NCBI RefSeq assembly: GCF_006345805.1
Contig: NC_042997.1
Span: 154,938,001 to 155,002,000 of the forward strand
Reading direction: 5' to 3'
From: Octopus sinensis
Taxonomy: Eukaryota
Length of the DNA stretch: 64,000 nt
The translations under genes were made by a program, and so were the position numbers. The notes beneath the pieces were generated by a model. It had not been told where the DNA came from. It was given only the letters and a program-made list of their open reading frames with translations, and did not search any database. Of the stretch, positions 10,971 to 23,899 are shown in pieces (within the stretch, counting starts at the first letter, position 1; every line of letters begins with the position of its first letter).

Positions 10971-11879
10971 AATATTCTCAGTTGGACAAAGCGGTGAGCT
11001 GGCAGAATCGTCAGCATACCGGGAGAAATGTTTAGCTGCATTTCGTCCGTCTTTACATTCTGAGTTCAAATTCTTCAGAGTTTGGCTTTAATTTTACCCT
11101 TTCGGGGTTAATAAAATAGCTACCAGTTAAACACCGGGATCGATATAATCGACTCACACCTCCTCCGAACTTACTGGCCTTGTGTCAAAATTTGAAACTA
11201 ATATTAACATTATAACTTATTAGGGGACAATTAGACTAGTGATGCGTATTACCTTATTTTGAGTACTAAACTGTTTTAAATATTAACCTAAAGCATCCAC
11301 TATATTCCTTTTTAATGTATTTTACTTTATGTAGTTCCATAATTCCTAATGATAAGTATGTATATTTTGTCTAAGACTAACTCTTCGGGAGAGAGAAAAG
11401 TCTTTTAGATTGTCCATAGCATCGACCCCAAAAGAATGAAAGGTAAAGCTAGTCTCGGCAGAATTTGAACTCAGGACGCAATAGGTAGAAACAAATATAC
11501 TTCAGGGGGAGTTTTTTTTTTAATCCCGTGTTCTAACCATTCTTCCAACACATACAGCAGCAGCTGTGCTTCCAAAGGAAATGGATAACGTATACAATAA
11601 ACAACGAAGTAAAAAGTTACAGATAAAAAGAAGTATTTCATTCCTAAATGAAATCAATATCAAAATTCAACAACTAAAATAATAAAAAAAAATAGGAGAG
11701 ATAAGCTTTATATGACAAAAAAAGTATGTGAATTCAAAAGAAGGCATAAAGCAATATATCCTCTCCAAATATAAAATATTTCATTGATATGGAAAGCGAT
11801 AACGACTTTAGATAAACAGATTTCAACTTCAAGCCAAAATTATTTAACCAAGAGCTAAGTAAAATTTAAAAGAAATTAA

Positions 11880-12205
11880 TTCAGTGCCAACAGCAACAAT
11901 TTGGCGGAGGATTATGAAGAAAGAAACAATCACTTTGACTAGTTTGTTGAAAACAACGAACATAGTACCAGAATAATTGTGACATGCTATCACATCACGA
12001 GAAGTAGTGCAGATGTTACAAAATGCAAAACAAGGAAGGAACCAATAAGAGCCTAAACTTCTAGTTTAAATATTTAGCAAATAAACATCAAACGGTAGCA
12101 GAGGTGTTTAATGAGGTACTGACAGACTCGGAAATAACGCTTGTCTGACTAACTGTGAGGAAAACCAAGTTGTAAGTTATAGGCCTATAACTTGCTTACA
12201 ACAGC
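11880..12205 (+). mobile_element. Decayed R4/Dong-like RT fragment
   Basis: NF*FKYLANKHQTVAEVFNEVLTDSEITLV*LTVRKTKL...YRPITCL resembles the R4-clade pattern NFWLK.L...H..LA..FN...WLT.G.T.L...NYRPITCL. Confidence 0.55.
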
Positions 12206-13093
12206 TGCATTCGACCTACAGGTGCATTCTAAGGATAAGCCCTTTCAACTGGAGGATACTCGCCACTCTCACCGGCATTTCGGCAATGTAATAATCGTTT
12301 CTAACATACACACATGGAAATAAATTTATGGAGAAGCAGGTTAGTCGTTAATATTAACCCATGTACTTAACTGCTATTTTATTTTATCGAGCCTGAAAGG
12401 ATGAAAGGTGAAAGAGAGCTCAGCGGGAATTGTACTGAGATAAAGAGCTGGAGCAAATACATGTCCGATTCGCCAATCCGTCATTCATTTTCAATAAGTA
12501 AAGATTTCTTTTACTTTTTCTACATTTTAAACAGTTGCGTACTTGTTCCCTGAAATCAACCGTCATCTCTTATGGCCTTCATATTCTAACATTTATATAT
12601 ATATAGTGACATTTCTACATTTATATAATTTGACTGAAATAAAGGCTCTTTTTGTCTCGTTGTGGAATATTATGCAGGTCGATTGTCACGGCCATAATAT
12701 ACAACTGCTATTTACTTTATTAATGTAAAGATGTCGACATGAACGATATCTCTAACCCTAATGAGATTTAATGTATTTACTTATTTCTTTATTTGCTTTA
12801 TCTGAAATCTAAGCCACAATAAATCATGCAGTCTTGCACATTACTATGCACCATCTCGACGACCCTGATTCCTTTTAATATATTGTCTATTAAAAAGAGT
12901 TTCATATTCCAGAAACATCCAACTTGTTTTTTTAATCAGGACTCGCAAAGAAGACATTCATTTAACCAAACATATATTACTAACTAATATATAACTGCAT
13001 AATATTCTTCAAAATCACTAACCATACGATATTTTACGCTTGTTATTTGTGCTATTATAGCCTTGTCTACATGAGAGTTAGGTGGAAAGTTCT

Positions 13094-13533
13094 CAGGGGT
13101 GGCTGTGTGGTAAGTAGCTATAGTCGCAGGAGTGGCTGTGGGGTAAGTAGCTTGCTTACCAACCACATGGTTCCGGTATCAGTTCCATTGCGTGGCACCT
13201 TGGGCAGGTGTCTTCTACTATAGCCTCGGGCCAACCAAAGCCTTATGAGTGGATTTGGTGAACGGAAACTGAAAGAAGCTCGTCATATATATGTATATAT
13301 ATATATATATGTGTGTGTTTGTGTGTCTATGTTTGTCCCCCCAACATCGCTTGACAACCGATGCTGGTGTGTTTACGTCCCCGTAACTTAGTGGTTCGGC
13401 AAAAGAGACCGATAGAATAAGTACTAGGCTTACAAAAAATAAGTCTTGGGGTCGATTTGCTCGACTAAAGGCGGTGCTCCAGCATGGCCACAGTCACATG
13501 ACTGAAACAAGTAAAAGAGTAAAAGAGTAAAAG
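13094..13533 (+). mobile_element. Full-length SINE family A with a duplicated 5' end, flanked by ~185-bp direct repeats
   Basis: CAGGAGTGGCTGTG...TGACTGAAACAAGTAAAAGAGTAAAAGAG. Flanks 12905-13091 and 13534-13715 are near-identical. Confidence 0.92.
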
Positions 13534-14071
13534 TATTCAGAAACAATCGACTTGTTTTTTAATCAGGACTCACAAGAAAGACATTCATTTAGCCAAACAT
13601 ATATTACTAACTAATATTTAGCAGCATAATCTTCAAAAACACTAACCATACGATATTTTATGCCTGTTATTTGTGCTATTATAGCTTTGTCTACATGAGA
13701 GTTAGGTGGAAAGTTTTCATATCTTCACGAAAAACGTAGTCTTTGTAAAGCGAAAATATAATAGCATAATTCATCTTTTTGTATTTGTAGAAAAATTTAT
13801 TCTAAAACCATCTGACCATAACAGTCGATAAATTTGTATGAAAGAATCAGATAAGTATGTAAGCCTTTCATCTTAATTACTTTGATCTCTCTAAATGTGT
13901 ATGTGTGTGTACGTATATGCTTGCAAATATATGTATACGTGCGTGTGTGTGCATGTAGGTATAGGAATGTATATATTTATTATATGTATGTATATACATG
14001 CATGTTTGTGTGTGTGTGTGTATATATATATATATACGGACATATTTGTAGATACACACATGCATTCATAC

Positions 14072-14117
<46 letters not shown>

Positions 14118-14594
14118 GTGTGTGTGAGTGTGGAACTCAAAAAAACCTTTTATATGTCATTTTTCTTTAACACTTTAAATGGCTTGAGCAACTTCTATCA
14201 TCGATCAGGTAAAATTATATACTTTGCACATATAATAACAAATAACGGAAGAGTAGCTGAACTTAAAATTGAGAAAGGAAACAAAATGAAAGCAGTTATG
14301 GCGTTAGAAAACATATCAAAGGCAGTACCATCATAATTAAAACAAAATCAGAGTTTTTAACACTTTAATCAAAGGCGGAGGGACAAGCCCGTGCTATTTT
14401 CAGGTCCTTCTAGATTGATGGAGACGTATCCGACTGATCTTGTTCCTAAGCATCTGTTAATCAAAGCCAGTAGGCAAATGTGGGCAGAAGGAGAATGAGT
14501 GTTCTTGGAACAAAATAAATTTTATTAAAGACGCCCAAGAACCAGGTTACGACGTTAAGCTGGAAAGACGTAACGAACGTGGAATTAGCGTCAC

Positions 14595-14687
14595 TAGCAA
14601 CCCCTTGCTGGTCAGGCCTCCGCAGACTAGTTTCAGGGTATTTGCCCCTTATCAATGCAGAGCAGCCGAACCCAGCAGGCGTCGCTA
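14595..14687 (-). ncRNA. Extended type I hammerhead ribozyme (U3-A8 core variant)
   Basis: Minus strand reads UAGCGACGCCUGCUGGGUUCGGC UG CUCUGCA UUGAUAA GGGG-CAAAUA-CCCU GAAAC-UA-GUC UGCGGAG GCCUGACCAGCAAGGGGUUGCUA. All three stems form, stem I is extended by a further ~20 bp, and the triplet is GUC. Confidence 0.8.
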
Positions 14688-14742
14688 CTGTCCGAAGAAT
14701 TATTTACCTAAATTCAGTGGAATACATCCACTGGTTTTCAAA

Positions 14743-14902
14743 AATAGAAATATTAATATTTCTAAGTCTCTCTAAAGGAGACTACGGCAGCGGTACTGGA
14801 TATTAATAGTTATCGCCATATTAGCTTGGCGATAACTATTAATATCCAGTGCCGCTGCCGTAGTCTCATTTACAGAGAATTAGAAATATTAATATTTCTA
14901 TT
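14743..14902. repeat. Near-perfect 160-bp palindrome (76-bp arms, 8-nt spacer)
   Basis: AATAGAAATATT...CTGGATATTAATAGTTATCGCCA-tattagct-TGGCGATAACTATTAATATCCAG...AATATTTCTATT. Confidence 0.92.
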
Positions 14903-15614
14903 AATTCAAACTATGTTGTAAACATATAAGGCTGCAAGCAGGTAGAATCGATAGCACCTCAGACAAAATGATAAGCGGCATTTTTTCCAAATATTTATGT
15001 TCTGATTTCAAAATCCCGCCGAGGTGAACTTTGTTTTCGTCCCTTTGGGGGTCGATAAAATAAAGTACCAGGCAAGTACTGGGGTCGATATAATCGATTT
15101 GTCCCCTCCCTTCAAAATTGCTTGCCTTGAACCTTGCAACGGACCAACGTCCTATTCAGACGGAATGTTGTGATCTCGTTCACTTATGTGCTCTGAAAAC
15201 CGAGTAACCAGCTTAATGAGTACTAGAACTCGAATATATTTATGAATATAATTGAGATAATTAGCAAAAACAGATACATCAAAGTTACAACGGTTAAACC
15301 TGTCATTGCTTCAATCAAAATATTGATTTCAAATTTTCGGACAAGACCAGCAATTGCGAGGGATGGTGAGGGGCAAACCGATAACCAAAAAGTAAAGTCG
15401 ACCTCGGCGGAATTTGAACTCAGAACGTAGAGTCAGGCGAAACGCCGTTAAGCATTTTGCCTGGCGTTGCTAAAGGTTCTGCCAACTCGCCGCCTTCGCT
15501 ATCAACCAAAATATCAAAAACGTGAAGATATTAAACATTTGATAAATAAATCAAAAAGACATCTTTCTGTTATAACTCCATTCACATGTAAGATGCTTTA
15601 TGGGAATTTAACAT

Positions 15615-15986
15615 ATTTTCTGCTATAGGCAGAAGCCTTAAATTTTCGCGGGAGGAGACTAGTCGATTACACCGACCCTAGTGCTTGGCTGGTACTTATT
15701 TTATCGACCCCGAAAGAATGAAAGGCAAAATCGACCCAGGCGGAATTTGAACTCAGAATTTAAAGACGGACGAAATACCTATTTCTTTACTACCCACAAG
15801 GGGCTAAACACAGAGGGGACAAACAAGGACAGACAAACGAATTAAGTCGATTACATCGACCCCAGTGCGAACTGGTACTTAATTTATCGATCCCGAAAGG
15901 ATGAAAGGCAAAGTCGACCTCGGCGGAATTTGAACTCAGAACGTAACGCGCCCGGCATGCTAACGATTCTGCCAGCTCGCCGCCTT
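15615..15986 (-). mobile_element. Dimeric SINE family B (tail B unit + tail A unit)
   Basis: Same architecture and same AAAGAAATA|GGTATTTCG junction (15780/15779). Other copies lie at ~14935-15130 (+) and ~15325-15497 (-). Confidence 0.85.
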
Positions 15987-18173
15987 TATGGGAATATAAT
16001 ATCGATTGCAGTACCTGACAGGTACTTGATCTTTTCGACAACTAAAGGATCGAAGATAAAGTTGAACTTGGCAGGATTTGACTTTAAAATGTATAGGATT
16101 GTATCTAAATCTTTCGAGTTCTTTTGGAGAACACTAACATTTCACTTAATCCAGTATTTCCCGTATTCACCGTTCGTAGTTAAACAATCTTGCTGACATT
16201 CTAATATTTTTGCTACCTAAAGTACGTTCCGAATCATTTGCTGGTGCGAAAGAAAGAAAGACGACAATCGAGAGATAAAGATAGAAAGAGATATATATGT
16301 GGAGATAGAGAGATAAATAGAAAGGGAGAAAATTCAAAGATAGGGACCTACAAAGCAGAAAAATCCATTATTTTTTCTGTTTCTCTTCCCTCTCTTCTTA
16401 TTTAACTATCAACCAAGCGATGGTTGTCCAATAAGGAGCCATTATGGCTAACTAATAATAAACTTTACTCTGGTCAACTTTAGATAATCAACTGAGAAAT
16501 ACCTGTCGCCAAACCTAGTAATGCTTTTTCCTTTGCCATCATCTTCATGTCATCAACAACATCAATACCACCACCATCACCATTACCATCATCATCATTA
16601 TTATCATCATCTGAGTTGTCGTCAGAGCATGCTGTCTCTAATGTTGTCATTATCATTAATATTCTCCCTCTCTCTTTCTCTCACCCCATTTTCGCTTTTT
16701 TCTCTTATCTAAGATTTTGTGAATGTGTGTGTGTGTATGTATATGTGTATGCGTGCATGTTTGTATGTAAACGTGTGTGCTATGTGTGTATGTGTCTGCC
16801 AATATGTGAGTATGTCAGTATGTGAGTTTACCTATAAGAGAGCGTATATGAATGCGTGTAAATGATTGTGTATGCGACTACGTATTTGAAAATGTGCTTA
16901 TATATATGTGTGTGTGTATGTGTGTATTTGTGTGGTGTGTGTGTGTGCACGTGTCTGCATGTGAATTTCTGTATATGTATGTGAGTCTATGTACGTGTAT
17001 GTCTATGTGTGTGTATATGTGCTGTATGTATGAGGGGATGTGCGCATAATCTCGCGTATATTTCTTCCTCTCTTCCCTTTATCATTTTCTTGCTTAATCT
17101 TCAAATGTTTTTGCAACAGTTCCTGGCAGTTAAATTAATGTTTAGGCACCATTTCTTCCAGTTGAATGACCAGTTTATTTTCTGACATTTCAACAACAGA
17201 CCAAAGAGCGCCATCTTCAGGAAAAAAAAACTTTCGCCATTTACCTTTTTTTTTGTGTGTGTATTTATTTGATTCTTACTTCTGTGCTAGATTTCCTAAT
17301 GCCATATTGTGGCTATTACTTCAAGCTGAGAAACTACTTTCCTCTTTTTCTTTTTTTCTTTTTCAGTTTTTCTCTTTTATCCCCGCCATTTTGTCACGCC
17401 CTATATCTCTTTTACTTTTTCTCCTCCACTTCTCTCTTTCTCACCCTCTATCTTTGTCCTTCTCTGACTCTTTCTCCCTTGCTCTCTCTCACGTTTTCTG
17501 TCTTTCTATCTCTCTCTTTTCCTCAATTTCCAAGCTATTTTCCAGAAAGACAGCACCAAATCCCCTATTGTCTTAATATTATAACAGAACTATTTTAATC
17601 ACATTTCAAACAGACCCAGAAATTTTCTTAACGGCAAGTCAAAAACTACAAACAAACTATTTTTCAGAGATAGTTTAGGTATAACCACACTTGTTTAGAT
17701 ATATTTCGTACAATATATCCGTCATTCGTTCGCTCTCAGCAAATCTTTAACTCTGTATGTCTTTCAGTGTATTTAAATCTCTAGTTAACTTTCCTTTCGA
17801 TTTTTTCCTTTTTTATCTCATGGTCTATGTAGATTTGTATCTATGCAACTAACTTATCTCTTGTCTATTTATCTCGCAGAAACATATACCTGTAATCGCT
17901 TTGCCTATTTATAGTGGGCGCGTGCGAGTGTGTCCCATAAATAGATATCTCACTGATATAAGCTACGTTACGTGCACGAATGACCGTGCCGAGACGTCAA
18001 ACCTGCTTTTTATGTTTTAGTATATTGGCAGCTAAATACTTAAATACAAATTTATATTCCCACATACTTTTGCTAACACCTCTACCGACTTCATTTTCAA
18101 TAGAACGTCTTCATTTTATCATTTTATATCGTGGACTATGGTTTGTGATTTGTGATGTTCATTATTTATGTTC

Positions 18174-18217
<44 letters not shown>

Positions 18218-18247
18218 TTAAATAATGAACATCACAAATCACAAACC

Positions 18248-18261
<14 letters not shown>

Positions 18262-18339
<78 letters not shown>

Positions 18340-18580
18340 TTAGATAGATAGATAGATATGGTGGGGGTGGCAGCGGCGGCGGCAGCGGTGGTGGTGGTGG
18401 TGGTGGTGGTGGTGGTGGTGGTGGTGGTGGTGGTGATGGTGGTGGTGATGGTGGTGGTGGTGGCGGCGGCGGCGGCGGCGGCGATGGTGGTGATGGTGGT
18501 AATGATGATGATGATGGTAGTGTTGGTGCTGGTGCTGGTGGTAATGATAATGATGGTGGTGGTGGGGTGTGATGATGATA
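18262..18580. repeat. (GA)n, (GATA)n and (GGT/GGC/GAT)n microsatellites
   Basis: Directly visible. Confidence 0.95.
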
Positions 18581-19091
18581 CAGACATTAATAGATTAGAA
18601 TATACCAAAAGGTGCATGGTATATACGGTTACTTCACGTGTGCGAATGACAGTGCCGAGACATCATTTCTGCTTTTATGTTTTCGAATGTTCACATAAAG
18701 ATGTAATTTTCTTATTGGTCATTTAATTTTAGTTTGGAATAATTGCCTCCTAAATCCATTTTCCCATTAAAATCTCAAGAACTTCTCAGAATCATTATTA
18801 GAATGAAATTATGCTAACAATACTGCGTTGTTCGTTGCACGCTTTTCCGTGGATGGCAAACGATCATGGGAATACTGTTATAATTGTCAACACTGGATTT
18901 CGAAAATTATATAATGCATTTCTCCGTCAGAGATCATGATTTATTTTACGTTTGTTGTATCTGCGTAGTGAGATATTGTTTATATTTTGCAATTGCTAAG
19001 GCTTCCATAGTTATTCTCTTCATTTTTATGTAATTATATGCAAATCATAGTCCCCTCAACTAATATTTTTCCATCTTCCTTTATTTTGACT

Positions 19092-20950
19092 AAGTCCCTA
19101 CTCCTAATGACCTCAAATTGAGACCTATAATAGCAGGTCCCGCATGCGAAACCCACCGCCTCAGTAACGTTTTAGATTCCCTCTTAAAACTATACCTCAA
19201 GCATATCAAAAGCTACATAAGGGACGACCAGGATATGCTTAATCACCTTCCTGAAACAATAAACAAAAACACCTTACTAGTATCCTTCGATGTAGTCAAC
19301 TTCTATTCCAATATCCCCCACAAATTAGGAATAGCGGCAATTCAATTCCAGCTAGAGAATTACGCCAACGAACTCCCACATCGCATCAAAAAAGAATTCG
19401 TGATAGAAGGGCTATATTTATCTTGGAGAATAACTACTTCGTCTTCAAAGACAACTTCTTTCGACAAAAATCGGTGATTGCGATAGGTACAAGAATTGTC
19501 CCCTCCTTTGCTAACCTAGTCATGGGATATCTAGAAATTAGTCTTTATCGTAAGGTACATAGAAAATAACTGGAAGAGACACCTGGGTGACTGTTTCATT
19601 CTTTGGCATGAAAGTATAGGGAGACTTAAAGAATTTCAAGCACTTATAAATGGACTTGATGTAAACATTCAATTCATGATGGAATATAGCCATCAACAAC
19701 TTCCCTTCCTCAACATTCTCATTAGGAAATCTAACACCATAATAGAAACAGATATATACTATAAGGCCACGGTCTCCAAGCAATAGCTACTGTTCAACTC
19801 ATGCCGCCCCAGACACACCATAATGAATATCCCCTTCAACCTAGCAAAAAGGATCTGTACTATAGTTTCTAATGCATGCACCAGAGACACACGACTACAC
19901 GAACTAAAGGATGCACTCATCACCAGGAACTACCCACCTTCACTAATTGACATATGCTTTCAACGTGCCCTACAACTCAACATCCACGAACTCAGACATC
20001 CCAAATTAAAGAAGGATTTTTACAGCCAAAAGCCCTACCATACATCTCCACACACAATCCTCTTAAAAATGAAGCCTTCGACACCATCCTTCAAAACATT
20101 CTCCTGCTAAAAAAGGACCACAGAATGAAATTAATCCTCCAATCACACATCATCACAAAAAGCAAGAGACAGAGCAAATCTATTAAAAGTCTCCTAACAC
20201 AAGCCCGAATACGTTCAACAGCAACACTGAAGCCGTCAGTAAAAAAATTTGGAAGACCCAACTGTGGAATATGCGTCAATTTAATTGAGCGATCAAAGTT
20301 CTCCTTCAAACAAGGACAACGTTTCACAGTGAAAAGCAGCTTCACATGTGCTTCGGAGAACCTGATATACATAGACCAAACAAAAAACAGTCTACGTCAA
20401 AGGATGGCTTTGCACAAATTCCAGATCAAAATTCCGAAAAACAGAAAAATAACATTCAGCTAACACATCGACATTTGCGCTAACAAAAATCCAAGCTTCA
20501 GAATTTTACCCCTCTATCAATTCAGGGACGATACAACCTGTAGCCAACGAATTAATAAAGAGTTGTTCTTTATCACAAAATACAGACCCCTTTTGAACGC
20601 ATCTATAGCAAATGACATATCCACCATGGCCTTAGAATAACACAAATACACACGCAAATATTAAAATCGATACATTCAAAAGAGATACACAAGAATTCAT
20701 TTAAAACAGTCCCAAGCACTGCTATAATCCACAACGATTCACTTATAGGTCACTTGACCATTTAACATCCTACTACTATCATACCACTCCCGCATTCTTT
20801 TATTATTCTTTGTCTTCTTCTCCTTCGCCTTCTTCTTCGTCATCTTCTTCCTTTCCGCCACCTCCTTCCTTACTTTACGAGTTTTAACATCTTCTAAAAC
20901 AGATGTCCTCTATAGACCAGTCAAGTGTTCCAAATGTCGCTCCAATTACA
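19092..20950 (+). mobile_element. Penelope-like retroelement (RT + GIY-YIG), 5'-truncated, with multiple frameshifts and stops
   Basis: RT motifs LRPIIAGPACETHRLSN...SYIRD...LLVSFDVVNFYSNIPH, GTRIVPSFANLVMGYLE, QLPFLNILIRK..IETDIYYKAT and NIPFNLAKRICTIVSN, followed by GIY-YIG RPNCGICVNL...FTCASENLIY...RQRMALH. Confidence 0.95.
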
Positions 20951-20989
20951 GGTTAGGTTTGTCTGTCGAGCACTAGGGCTTAAATGGCA

Positions 20990-21235
20990 GAGACTTAACT
21001 CGGTTTCACTGGTGTATTACTGAGGTTACAACACTCCCTCCTGGACGGGACGCTGGTTGGTCTCAAGGTTAACTTCCCAGCTGCAACTGAAACTCGTCTT
21101 TAGCTGATTAGACTGCAGTAACATGAAATGAAGTGTCTTGCTCAAAAACACAACGTACAACCCAGTCCGGGGATCGAAACCACGCTCTTGCGATCGTGAA
21201 TGCAACACTCTAACCACTAGATCACGTATTTTCAC
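20990..21235 (-). mobile_element. tRNA-derived CORE-type SINE (family C, diverged)
   Basis: Minus strand reads CTAGTGGTTAGAGTGTTGCATTCACGATCG...GGTTTCGATCCCCGG...TTGTGTTTTTGAGCAAGACACTTCATTTCA...CAGCGTCCCGTCCAGG. Confidence 0.75.
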
Positions 21236-22185
21236 ATAATCAAATGTATCGCGAGATATTGTTTTGCAAGAAGAAAGTTCCGACTACGATATGATTGTTA
21301 GAGTTTAGTATATTAGTCTTCGGTTACTTTATCTATGATAGCAGCACCTTTGTATGATATATTTCCATTAAAAGCTTGATATTTATAGTTCACATTGTCA
21401 GAAACAGAGGAAAATAGAGACCATCCATAGGAAACAATTTTTTTATGCGCTCAACTATCAAATATGAACATGTCTTTAGGCCGAATTCCATCTCTATATC
21501 ATCTAAAAATGTTATTAAATCCAGCTGTTTCTCAGCAATCTAAATATTTCCAGAATAGATTTTTAGATGGTCCGCAAATAAATTGAGTTACATTAGTAAG
21601 TCTAACACATACATAACGGCTGGACTTTTATGAAAAAAGGCCAGTGGCTTTGTTCCCGAAATAAACAGAAGTATGTATGTTTATATATATGATTGTATGG
21701 ATTATGGTGATAGGTAGGTAGGAATGGTGATAAGTGGGTGAGTGGTGGCTTAGTAGGTAGGTTAATAGGTAGGTATGTAGGTAGGTTGAGAGCGAGGGAG
21801 GGAGGTAAGAATTTCATAGATACACGGGTAAGTATGGGTAAGCGAATTGGTACCTGGGTGTGCACGGATGGCTATGAAGTATGTAAGTAGATACGTAAAT
21901 ATTTGGTAGGTAAACTGGTGGGCATATTCCCGCGTTGTGATCTATAGTGACTCGGTCTCTCAACGAACTAATAGGGAAGCGTTTGTGCAGAGGCTCGATG
22001 TACAAGAAATGGCAACCGAATCGCCCTCAAAACATAACCTACTGTCTTAAAAAAAAGGATGTGTCCCTTAAATAATGCAGTTCTAGAAACACTATCTGAA
22101 AAAAAAATCTGGATGATCACAACTAAAATGCTTAGTTACGATATTGAATATATTGACTGAGTATTGTCCATGCTTGCACTAGGTA

Positions 22186-22399
22186 CAGTAATCCCTCGAC
22201 TATCGCGGGTGTTACATTCCAAAACACCCCGCGATAGGTGAAAATCTGCGAAATAGAAACAGCACTGTACTGTATATTTTTTTTAATAATTTGTATATAT
22301 TTATTTTGCTATAAATGCAAAACAACGCCATGGAGTAATCGGCGTATGCTTAAATGATAAACCGCGATAGGTGAACCGCGATATGGCGAGGGATTACTG
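22186..22399. mobile_element. Tigger/pogo-like MITE
   Basis: TIRs CAGTAATCCCTCG...CGAGGGATTACTG, TA TSD on both sides, internal CCGCGATAGGTGAA repeats. Confidence 0.9.
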
Positions 22400-22589
22400 T
22401 ATATACATTTACATTTAATTCTTAATTGGCTCAGTACACTTAGCTGTAAATAGGTACGAATTTTAGATATGGCCAACGTACCTTTATATAACACCACAAA
22501 AACAAGCTTTATGGATGAGTATGATCCATATCTCCAAAATAATTTAAATTTCACTCGATAGTTTTCTATTCGATTGATCGATCAATCGG

Positions 22590-22625
<36 letters not shown>

Positions 22626-23899
22626 GAGATAGATAGATAGATAAATATATACATTTATACAAACATATATACATATAGGCGTGTGTGTTTGTGTGTGTAT
22701 GCGTGCACATCTATGTATGTATGTATGTATGCATGTATGTATGTATGTATGTACGAGTGTATGTATATGTGTATGTATTCAAGTAAATATGCATGTATGT
22801 AAATGAATGCATACATATGTGTGTGTGCGTGCGTGAATATATGCGTGAATGTGCTCGAAACTTCGAAATCACAAGCAACCTGTATTTCTGTCTAACAAAA
22901 AATATATATGTGGGTGTATAATCATGTATATGATATTGTATGTGTGTGTGTGCATGAGTGTATCGTGTTGCAGATCGTTTTTCTTCCATCACAAAAGAAA
23001 ATAAAGTTTATCTGTCTCTGAAATCTCTAGTCAATGTCAATTTGCCATCCATTACTGATATCGTATTCTTTTTTTCTAAACTTCGACACGCTTCCGGTTA
23101 CCTTTGTATGTTCATCCAGGAAAAGATTAAAGACCAAAATAAAAATAATAAATAAAGTCGATAACTGTTTCCAATTGATACGAATCATTCAGCGATCAGC
23201 TTCTCTCGAGAGAATTTGTTATTCTGTGTCACACAAACAACTAACACTTAATTCATTTTTGAATCAGAGTTGGGTTTGATAAGCATTTTATTTATTAGTC
23301 ATTTGTCATTTTCTTTCCCCGTTTGTTCTTGTTTTTTTGTTGTTGTTTTTTTGAGGGGGGGGGAGATTGCTCTTTTTTTTCTTTCTTTTCTGTTCTATTT
23401 CATCGGAGATGGATTATAGGATGAAATACAAGGAAACTATTAATGGTCTACGTTGGCAATGATTATACCGCAAAAGATAAGTTAAGTTGCTACGAGCAAT
23501 GAAGAATTCTTTGTGGAAGCCTACCAGTAGAATCATTCTTAGAATCGTTCTTGTGTGAAGGCCATAATCCTTTATCCCTGTCTAACGCTCTCGTCCGGTC
23601 CTTGGGTGTTTCAGGCAGCGATCACATCGTTGCAAGCATTCGGGCTAGTTCTCCGGTCATAGAATAAATTGACTTTGGCCCTTCTTCCCACCAGTCAAAA
23701 GCACTCCACACAGGATCATGAATACTGCCATTCTTCCTTTGGTTTACGTCATCTTTTTTTTTTAATCTAACGTTTCGAGTTCTTGTCCTTTGTATGAGAG
23801 AAGGAAACATACAAAAAGTATTTAGCTTATACATCGTTGATCACTGTACGCTCCCATTCTTCTGATTTTGCCTCTCTCTTCCATTTGGGTCCGGGCTTT

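Noticed and set aside
18885-18935. Decayed HHR-like motif on minus upstream of the Penelope at 19092 (CUGACGGA GAAA...UUUC GAAA)
   Set aside because: There is an extra base in the core and stems I and III do not pair. It is compatible with an inverted pLTR but unsupported.
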